Shown here: positions 57,155 through 64,000 of the stretch, piece by piece | Position numbering within the stretch: the stretch's first letter is position 1 | Layout: each line of letters starts with the position of its first letter | NCBI GenBank assembly: GCA_048882045.1 | Contig: JBHLRZ010000004.1 | Span: forward strand, 78,373-142,372 | DNA: 64,000 nucleotides | Source: Candidatus Thorarchaeota archaeon | GTDB taxonomy: Archaea; Asgardarchaeota; Thorarchaeia; Thorarchaeales; Thorarchaeaceae | Direction: 5' to 3' | Position numbers and translations under genes: made by a program | Notes under the pieces: model-generated | Told to the model about the DNA's origin: nothing | The model's database searches: none | The model's input: the letters and a program-made list of their open reading frames with translations, nothing else

Positions 57155-57194
57155 TTTGAAAAAAGAGAAAGAATGGATGGAGATGTCTCCATCC
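57155..57194 (-). terminator. hairpin plus T-tract after the 57203-57826 gene
   Basis: Minus strand GGATGGAGA-CA-TCTCCATCC then ATTCTTTCTCTTTTTTC. Confidence 0.65.
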
Positions 57195-57202
57195 TCATCT
57201 AA

Positions 57203-57826
57203 TTACTCGCCTACAGGTTCGTAGCGTCTTCCAAGAAAGATCACTATGCAGACTACGAGAAGAACAGCCATACCAAAGAGAACACCGGATGCCCATCCAT
57301 AAGTGAGTGTGTCTTTGACGACGCTTGCTAGCAAGTAGACTCCAGCCATTATCACACCCAGGATGAGTGAAACAATCATGAACCTGGAAGTCATTTCCTT
57401 GATCTGTCCTGTTTCTGCTCCTTCGGAGATTCTCCTTCCGAAGAAAACAAAGACAAAGAGGAACACGTACGCAATGACAATCATCGTTCCCATGTCAAAT
57501 AGATATCCTTGAATTATGGGATCAATACCTTCAAGGAGACCGTACGTAAGTAGGGTCCCAATTGACATCATGTATACTAGCATGTTGGACATCATCTTGT
57601 CGTCTGGATGTACGTAACCAGTCATCTCTGTGAACGTGTTAATTATAGCAATTAACAGCACCACTGCAAGAACACCAAGAGATACCAACCAGATGTAGAA
57701 TGGGATAAGCAACAGGTCTCCAGTTGCTGAAACTGCATCAAGCAACCACTTGGCTCCTATTGTTCCTGCGAGAAGTGTCAGTCCTATTCCTGAAAGAAAG
57801 TTTCCAATAGTAGTTAGCCTAACCAT
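57203..57826 (-). CDS. 6-TM membrane protein
   Basis: Six hydrophobic helices; GGAGG SD. Confidence 0.78.
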   Translation of the reverse strand: MVRLTTIGNFLSGIGLTLLAGTIGAKWLLDAVSATGDLLLIPFYIWLVSLGVLAVVLLIAIINTFTEMTGYVHPDDKMMSNMLVYMMSIGTLLTYGLLEGIDPIIQGYLFDMGTMIVIAYVFLFVFVFFGRRISEGAETGQIKEMTSRFMIVSLILGVIMAGVYLLASVVKDTLTYGWASGVLFGMAVLLVVCIVIFLGRRYEPVGE

Positions 57827-57955
57827 TTCTCTCTCCTCCTAGAGGTGGAGTAACTGAAAGCCTCTTCTGCTTGATTTCATTTAATTCTTTGCTACGCATC
57901 CATTATTTATTGAAAAACGAGAAACTCTTTATTTCTCTGGGATAATCCATTTGCA

Positions 57956-58597
57956 GTGGAATCTGTGTCAGAGCATAATTCTGATAGAATAATTGTAGCG
58001 AAAGATAACCTGGCCCGATGTCAATGGTGTGGAACGCCAGAGAGTCCATATTGGACAATATCTCGGGATGAGCAGCTCTTCTGTTCTCGGGAGTGTGAAC
58101 TCGCTGCTTCAGCAACAACTAAGCGAATAGGTGGTTGCGTATCCACTTTCTGTGGATCATTATTCCTCATTCCTCTACTTTACTTCATGTTTGTTTTTCC
58201 ATCAAACTTCCTCGGTGCAACGATGGTCTTCCTACTCTTGGGTGTCCCCTTTCTTGCTATCGGAATATATGAGTATACAGAAGGCACAGAAGGTCTGAAG
58301 TACAAGGATCGAGAGGACAGGTATCGCGGAGTTTCACCCATCGTTTGTACATATTGTTCGCACCAGAACCCGCCCAATGTTATGGCGTGTCAAAACTGTG
58401 GTTCAACTCTTGCTGAAGCTCCCTTCGTGAAAGACTCGACTCCCCCATGGTTTATACAAGGAAAATCCAGAGGTGTCTACAGGTGTCCACACTGCAAGGC
58501 CGTCTACTCGTATCGTCAAGCACCAATCTCAAAGGATGGTGAGGTCACTTGTCAGAACTGCTTGAAACCTTTCTTCAGACCAAGAGATGATCAGTAA
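57956..58597 (+). CDS. 2-TM protein with three zinc-binding modules
   Basis: CQWC..FCSREC (TRASH-like), two TM, CTYC..CQNC, CPHC..CQNC. Confidence 0.78.
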   Translation: MESVSEHNSDRIIVAKDNLARCQWCGTPESPYWTISRDEQLFCSRECELAASATTKRIGGCVSTFCGSLFLIPLLYFMFVFPSNFLGATMVFLLLGVPFLAIGIYEYTEGTEGLKYKDREDRYRGVSPIVCTYCSHQNPPNVMACQNCGSTLAEAPFVKDSTPPWFIQGKSRGVYRCPHCKAVYSYRQAPISKDGEVTCQNCLKPFFRPRDDQ

Positions 58598-58602
58598 TCC
58601 AA

Positions 58603-59829
58603 CTATTGCAATACCTCTTCTACCTTCACTGGAGCCGCCTCAGGGAGGAAATATGTTCCAATACATGCGATTGCAATGATGAGCGCAACAAGACCTCCAA
58701 GTCCTGGGAGAAGACCCCAATTTGTGTAAGCAAATGTCCCAGCCCAAGGACCGATTATCATTCCCGAACCAAAGAAGATGCTATAGACACCCATAGTGCT
58801 ACCGCGTGCCTCTTCACTGGAAACATCTGTCAAATAAGCCATTGCGGCTGGTGGGAACGATCCAGCAATGAATCCGAGTGCTGGCAAAACCGGCCAATAA
58901 GCCCAAATGGCTCCGAAACTATCTGCATTTGCAACTAAAAGATATGAAAGAAGTCCGAATCCAATCAAACCAGTAACAATGAAGGGACGCCTTTTCATCA
59001 AATAATCTGATAGATGTCCCATTACTATGATTCCCAACACAAGAGATACACCGAGAATAGCAAAGAGGATTAACAAATCCGTGGCTGTAAGTGAGAAGTG
59101 TACCTCTATTATGTGCTTCACCTGTGATATCATGAGACCATAGAGTGAGATGATAGGTACGTATACGGGAAGCATCATCTGTATTCGCTTGTCACTTGCT
59201 ACTTCTTTCAGGAGCGCGGTCATCCTGAGTTCTTCCGTTTTTGAAACGACTCTTGTTTCCTTTATCAGAAAAATCGCGAGAATTCCGCTGATGCTACATG
59301 CAGCAGCTGCAGCGAACAAAAGCAATTCAGCCGCCAAGCCGAACTCCAATAGGATGATACCAAGTCCGAATCCTCCAGCAAGTCCCATCAAAGTGGAAAG
59401 GTCATAGTATCCCATTAACCTTGCTCTATTGAATTCTGAAGAAGCATCCGCAATCATGGATAATGTGGTGGTAACCTTTGAAGCTGCACCAATACCAAAG
59501 AGGACTGCGAGGATATATGCAAGAAACTCGAAAGTTGCAACTCCGAAAAGGAATGCTGCTATACCAGTCATGAACAAACTTGCGACGAAAATTGGTTTTC
59601 TTCCTATCTTATCACTGTATGAGCCAAAGAATGAAACAGTACTCAACTCTGCAATTGGATAAATTGAGAGTACAATCGCTACACCCAAGTTAGGGGGTGC
59701 GAGAGCGCCACCCATGTAGGCATTACTTGAGATTACAGCAATGGTTACATAGAACGAAGCTCGCATTATCAGAGTTACAAGGTACAGCATCATGAGGGTC
59801 AGGAAATGACCCGATTTTCTAAGACCCAT
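58603..59829 (-). CDS. MFS transporter
   Basis: Motif A GSYSDKIGRK and GHLSDYLMKRR; about 12 TM; start MGLRK at 59829. Confidence 0.92.
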   Translation of the reverse strand: MGLRKSGHFLTLMMLYLVTLIMRASFYVTIAVISSNAYMGGALAPPNLGVAIVLSIYPIAELSTVSFFGSYSDKIGRKPIFVASLFMTGIAAFLFGVATFEFLAYILAVLFGIGAASKVTTTLSMIADASSEFNRARLMGYYDLSTLMGLAGGFGLGIILLEFGLAAELLLFAAAAACSISGILAIFLIKETRVVSKTEELRMTALLKEVASDKRIQMMLPVYVPIISLYGLMISQVKHIIEVHFSLTATDLLILFAILGVSLVLGIIVMGHLSDYLMKRRPFIVTGLIGFGLLSYLLVANADSFGAIWAYWPVLPALGFIAGSFPPAAMAYLTDVSSEEARGSTMGVYSIFFGSGMIIGPWAGTFAYTNWGLLPGLGGLVALIIAIACIGTYFLPEAAPVKVEEVLQ

Positions 59830-59979
59830 TCTAAATTCTCCAAGTGATGTGGGTCTTGGCCACGCGTTAGCGTTTATAAGCTTGGTAGGTCTCATCGTTG
59901 TACTATGGCAAGTAGTAGGATTCCCGGGGATATCAGCACAACAGACCTTGTTTCTCTCATACTGTATTGATTGAGAACA

Positions 59980-60150
59980 ATGAGTGATGAGGATAAGAAA
60001 GAGTGGTTCAAAGCTTGGAATGAGATTAAGGCATATATCCCTCAAGGAATGAGAATGATAACGGAACCAACAAGTGCCTTTGGTACTATTATCATAGTAA
60101 CAGTTGTCGTGGTCTGGTTATGGGGACTATTCGGACTTGTAATCCTGTAG
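59980..60150 (+). CDS. 56-aa tail-anchored membrane protein, SecE/Sec61-gamma-like architecture (not in ORF track)
   Basis: MSDEDKKEWFKAWNEIKAYIPQGMRMITEPTSAFGTIIIVTVVVVWLWGLFGLVIL: amphipathic helix, TEP hinge, TM with GLFG. Confidence 0.6.
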   Translation: MSDEDKKEWFKAWNEIKAYIPQGMRMITEPTSAFGTIIIVTVVVVWLWGLFGLVIL

Positions 60151-60215
60151 TGCATCTCTGCGTATCACGAAGGGTTTAAATCGCTCCTAACAGCGAGACT
60201 CACAAGGTGCCAGGT

Positions 60216-60986
60216 ATGAGTTGGGTTGCTAAGATAATCAATGGAACTCCCGATGAGTTTACTCATGCAAAGCTTGTAAAGTACGGAATCGGTCAACATC
60301 CAGGTCCTAGAATAAAACTGACCCTGAGCAAGACCAGTATCAGATTCAAGGCAGACCTTGATCAGGAAAAGGACCTTCTGAAAGGGTATCTATTAGGCGC
60401 TCCAGAGGGCTCTCATAAAGTGAAAGGTCAACTGATCACATATGTAGATCTGCAGGATGAGTATTCACAGCTGGATATGCCTATCATCTGGAAGAAGTCT
60501 AAAGGGAAAGGCACCCCGGTATTCAAAGCAAAGGTGGATGAGGTCGCTCCACTTAAAGACATCAAGGCACTCTTCGAATTGGATGACCCAACATCATTCT
60601 ATCTTCTTTCAATCAATCCACGGGATGGGACGAAACCTTGGAAGATTGCGACAAAGACCTCTTTCCCAAAGGGAGGTCCAAAAGAAGAAGATGAAGAAAG
60701 TGATGAGAAGGACCCTGTATTTTCAAAGGGGGCTCTCGGAAATACTCCAGAGGTCCTTGATTTCATCTTGACCACTTACATTCCTGACTTCAGAGATAAA
60801 ATAGATCCGAAGACAAAGAACATCTGGATACGGAACAACTTAGAGATTCTGGACATCGAAATTCCAGATGACCCGAGTCTAAATTTCGCGGAGAAACGTA
60901 GGCTCGCTAAGAAACGCGGTAAGTTGATACGTTCTATTACAATTGATGATGAGGATTTCGAGAAGGAATATGAGTTCCTAGCATGA
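60216..60986 (+). CDS. conserved archaeal hypothetical protein
   Basis: N-terminal KII.G..DE..H.KL.KYG.G and C-terminal AKKRGKLIR...ID......EF; TTTAAA upstream. Confidence 0.78.
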   Translation: MSWVAKIINGTPDEFTHAKLVKYGIGQHPGPRIKLTLSKTSIRFKADLDQEKDLLKGYLLGAPEGSHKVKGQLITYVDLQDEYSQLDMPIIWKKSKGKGTPVFKAKVDEVAPLKDIKALFELDDPTSFYLLSINPRDGTKPWKIATKTSFPKGGPKEEDEESDEKDPVFSKGALGNTPEVLDFILTTYIPDFRDKIDPKTKNIWIRNNLEILDIEIPDDPSLNFAEKRRLAKKRGKLIRSITIDDEDFEKEYEFLA

Positions 60987-61048
60987 GTTCAGGAACGTTT
61001 AAATTCCAAACCAATGCGGCCCCTATAAGAAAAGAAGAGGCGAAATAA

Positions 61049-61249
61049 ATGCTCCAAGGATTCGAAGGATTCTACTTTCCAATATCACTCATGTTTGTAT
61101 TCTTCGGCATATTTGCACTAGGTTGGCTATTCGTACACATTGAGCATGGTCGCCACTTTTCAAAGTTCAAGGTTGGTGCCGCTCTATTAATCGGAGCGAT
61201 TTTCCTTGGCTTTGGTCTTCATTTCCTCCTGCTTTCCATAGGTATGTAG
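61049..61249 (+). CDS. small 2-TM protein
   Basis: Two TM helices linked by HIEHGRHFSK; own TTTAAA box. Confidence 0.7.
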   Translation: MLQGFEGFYFPISLMFVFFGIFALGWLFVHIEHGRHFSKFKVGAALLIGAIFLGFGLHFLLLSIGM

Positions 61250-61363
61250 CGTTTCGTTTTTTCATCTCCATTATGAACGAACAACCATTATTTAGTAAGC
61301 AGACTAGCTAGATTCGCTTTCCTTCAGAGGATAGCATGTTTGCAAGACAAGAGGAAATAGCAC

Positions 61364-62551
61364 GTGTTACTTGAGCCCGACCTTCAGAAACTCGCTGTTG
61401 AAAGCCGTCAGAAGTTGATAGAGGAGTTTGCTGAAAAGTACGCCAATCTGAGAGAGCGAGTCAAGCGAGTTCCAGATGCAGACGCTCAAAAGATCTCAGA
61501 AACTCTATCTTGTCCTCTGGAAGTTGCGATGGTTGCATATCTTATCAATATGGATGGCATCATGACAGTGAAGAAGGCAGTCGGCCAACTGAGTGCTGAG
61601 CTTGAAAGGAGAGCCACGGTTGGCGAGGATATCCCCAATCTTCCTGGCAACATCATGGAGTTTGCTCTTGTGGAAGGAAAATGGATTTCTCACATATTTG
61701 GGAGTTTTGTGAGACAGATTGAACTCAAGGCAAGAGAGTTGGCAAACCTCGAGGAAGGAATTGATACTTCCTCAATTGAAGTTGAGAAGGCTCTTTCGAT
61801 AATCTCAACAAGAACAAAGATCTCGGAAACGATTATTGCTCCTGTTCTAGAAGAATGGATGAAAGATCATCCAAAAGCTCACAGCATGGATGTGCTTACT
61901 GCATTTGGACAAGGCATCACCAAGTGGAACAGAAATACGCTAACAGGAAAGTTTCTTCAAGTTCAACGAAGAAACCAAGCCTTATTCCGTGTGCTGAGAG
62001 AGTGTTTAAAGAAAGCTTCTGATTCATTCACAATAGATGCATCAATAAAACGTCTTGACACATTGATTCAAGAACTAGAAAGTCCGTTCGAAGAGATGAC
62101 TCTGAGAGCTATCTCCCATATGCTTCTTCATATTGTTCCTCGTCAGTCAACAGGACGAGGAGACCGCTCTGCATATGTTGCTATTGGTGCTGGTTCTACC
62201 AGGGGTTACAAAGCTGAACCTGACCTGACCTCTCCGTTTGATTTCCTTGAACGTGATGTCAAGCTAGCCAAGAGAAGAAGGGGTATTGAGCGAGAAGAGT
62301 ACCTCAAAGAAAAGATTGCTCGTGTTCTACGTGTATTGAAATATCAGGAGAACACACCCGCAGAATCTCTAGAGAAGTGTTTCTATGAACTAGCTGATCG
62401 ACTTCACCTAGAGAATGTCTTACTCGAAGACGAAATTATTTCGTCGACAGAACAGATTGCCAATGCAATTGAATCAGAGAAAATTAATCTCACAATGAAG
62501 CTAATCTACGATTTTGTCGCAAGCTTCGTATATGGGGAGGAAACTGCTTGA
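61364..62551 (+). CDS. hypothetical alpha-helical protein
   Basis: 395-aa soluble ORF; TTGA overlap with the next gene. Confidence 0.78.
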   Translation: MLLEPDLQKLAVESRQKLIEEFAEKYANLRERVKRVPDADAQKISETLSCPLEVAMVAYLINMDGIMTVKKAVGQLSAELERRATVGEDIPNLPGNIMEFALVEGKWISHIFGSFVRQIELKARELANLEEGIDTSSIEVEKALSIISTRTKISETIIAPVLEEWMKDHPKAHSMDVLTAFGQGITKWNRNTLTGKFLQVQRRNQALFRVLRECLKKASDSFTIDASIKRLDTLIQELESPFEEMTLRAISHMLLHIVPRQSTGRGDRSAYVAIGAGSTRGYKAEPDLTSPFDFLERDVKLAKRRRGIEREEYLKEKIARVLRVLKYQENTPAESLEKCFYELADRLHLENVLLEDEIISSTEQIANAIESEKINLTMKLIYDFVASFVYGEETA

Positions 62552-63324
62552 ATATGTCTCAGAACCCTCTCTACTGGTTGATTGAGATTGAATCCTATGA
62601 CTATAATGTTGGTGTGCTCAAGGGTGTCGACCTGCATGGAAAGGTGCTGATTCTCTCAAGCCAATTATGGTCAATCATCAGAGGTACAAGAGTCTACTCG
62701 ATATTGATAGGACCTGGTATCTTCAAGGGTACTGGAATTAAGGGCAACATCCGAGTGGATGTTCTCGAACCTCTTTCTGCCTTGATGTTCGACCCTACCA
62801 TGATCAGATACGATGAACCGCTTCCTCAAGTCGATATCGTTACTCCTGAAGTGATTGATCCAATTGGTGAGAGAGAGATTGAGGAGATTATAACAGTCAT
62901 TCGAAATCTTATTGTTGAGAAAGGCAACGTTCTGACTGCAGATCCCTTAGCAACGGTGCAGACAGATGCAAATGTGCCTCGGACAGCTCACTATGAAGAG
63001 GTTTACGAACGAATCAATGTTTCACATGTTTCTGGATTGCAACGTGCCAAATTCATTCTCGCTGGAACAAACGGGCCAATGTATAAACCCTTCGTGGAGT
63101 TTTATGAGAGCAAGAAGTTCTGGCATCGTCAGAGGACAAAGATCATGGCTACTCCATTCTTCAAATTTAGTAGCTTTGCTGACATCGATGTCATGTCGGA
63201 TTGGATGATAGTTGAAAAGGCTGGACTGGACACCAAAACAGGAATCGAAGCCATTGGGGATGAGTATGAACACACCCTTGAGATGGTAGACAAGGAGAAG
63301 GACAAGTACATCTTCGAGCTGTGA
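62548..63324 (+). CDS. hypothetical protein
   Basis: 258-aa ORF coupled to the upstream gene; GGAGG SD. Confidence 0.75.
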   Translation: MNMSQNPLYWLIEIESYDYNVGVLKGVDLHGKVLILSSQLWSIIRGTRVYSILIGPGIFKGTGIKGNIRVDVLEPLSALMFDPTMIRYDEPLPQVDIVTPEVIDPIGEREIEEIITVIRNLIVEKGNVLTADPLATVQTDANVPRTAHYEEVYERINVSHVSGLQRAKFILAGTNGPMYKPFVEFYESKKFWHRQRTKIMATPFFKFSSFADIDVMSDWMIVEKAGLDTKTGIEAIGDEYEHTLEMVDKEKDKYIFEL

Positions 63325-63380
63325 TTCAACCGCAAGAGTCTTTTCCATCGTTTTTCGCTCAACGACAGAGGTCATTCTAG

Positions 63381-64000
63381 TTGGAAATAGCTGATGCTGA
63401 CATTCAGAAGAGACTCGCTAAGCCCTATACAGTGGTAATTAGGGTGGGAAAGCAGGATTTCACTGCTAGAGTCGACATATTCTCTGATGTCCTCAGAGAT
63501 CGGCAGCGTTCAATGTTGGGTGGATTGATTGAGTTTGGACGCCGTCAATCAGGTCTCCTTGAGATTACTCGATTCTGGTTCGTTAAGTACAACAAACCAG
63601 TCTATTATCAACAGAAGGAGGCTCATGAGATTCTCAGGAAGGCAGTTCATATCATCATTCCCAAAGAACAGAAGCCAGAATTCTTTAGAGACCTCAAGGA
63701 TTTGCTAAAGCGACTCAATACAAAAGAACCTCGCATCGTTCCTACATGTCAACACTGTCTTCGTGAGGATAGGCTATCAGTTCTGACGAAAAGAAATGCA
63801 GTCAAGATTACAGAGAATCAGGTTACCTGCACGACCTGTGCTCAGAGCGACTTGAAGACTGAATTGAAAACGCTAGGCATCCATCTCTCTCGAGCCATGA
63901 TCAGTCAGCTTGAGAAACAGGTTTCTCGAGTGAAGTCAGTTCCCCGTCTTATTGATATGATGACTCCAGGCTTCGATCCGACTCGTGAACCAGACCTCAC
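63381..64000 (+). CDS. N-terminal part of an archaeal ASH/Ski2-like SF2 helicase (runs off the window; not in ORF track)
   Basis: Open frame from TTG 63381 to the edge; CQHC...CTTC zinc site and PGFDPTREPDL motif typical of this N-terminal domain; helicase core not visible. Confidence 0.7.
   Translation, partial: MEIADADIQKRLAKPYTVVIRVGKQDFTARVDIFSDVLRDRQRSMLGGLIEFGRRQSGLLEITRFWFVKYNKPVYYQQKEAHEILRKAVHIIIPKEQKPEFFRDLKDLLKRLNTKEPRIVPTCQHCLREDRLSVLTKRNAVKITENQVTCTTCAQSDLKTELKTLGIHLSRAMISQLEKQVSRVKSVPRLIDMMTPGFDPTREPDL

Noticed and set aside
55131-57826. 6-TM protein plus HerA ATPase as a CedA/CedB DNA-import system
   Set aside because: A hairpin/T-tract terminator separates the genes, the ATPase lacks TM segments, and no small pilin-like cedA1/A2 genes are adjacent.
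59830-60045. Long N-terminal extensions in the ORF track (MFS 60045; also SRAP 10226, 11737, 48142, 54334)
   Set aside because: They overlap neighbouring genes or promoters; family N-termini and start contexts support the downstream starts.
1-64000. tRNA, rRNA, CRISPR array, integrase or transposase
   Set aside because: No cloverleaf with T-loop consensus in intergenic DNA, no regularly spaced repeats and no recombinase motifs seen by eye; a tRNAscan/Infernal run would be needed to exclude them fully.

Overview
Archaeal chromosomal segment. Gene content and style (archaeal MetRS, RecJ/GAN-type DHH nuclease, ASH/Ski2-type helicase, TATA promoters, very large FtsX-type permeases, many TM/zinc-ribbon and Thr-linker membrane-anchored proteins) suggest an Asgard archaeon, probably Thorarchaeia; this placement is inference. 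About 65 CDS were found, and no tRNA, rRNA, CRISPR array, integrase or transposase. Recognisable loci are metG, a bacterial-type excision-repair cluster with an unusual uvrB-uvrA-uvrA ... uvrC layout, a PRTase-mtnP-nitrilase salvage operon, an FtsX permease pair, tandem ferredoxins, SRAP, an inactive RadA paralog and a HerA-like ATPase. The most interesting signals are: (1) two translationally coupled full-length UvrA paralogs with complementary motif deviations (candidate heterodimeric UvrA); (2) a coiled-coil protein whose C-terminal domain resembles the ESCRT-I Vps28 four-helix bundle; (3) a eukaryote-like protein arginine methyltransferase; (4) a structured ~140-nt leader upstream of metG and other structured intergenic RNAs; (5) an identical TTAAC-N4-GTTAA palindrome before two genes; (6) several small ORFs missed by the ORF track, including a self-contained 33-aa gene and a SecE/Sec61-gamma-like peptide; (7) an 8Fe/7Fe ferredoxin pair sharing a 50-nt identical tract. 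All family calls come from motif recognition by eye; no searches were run.
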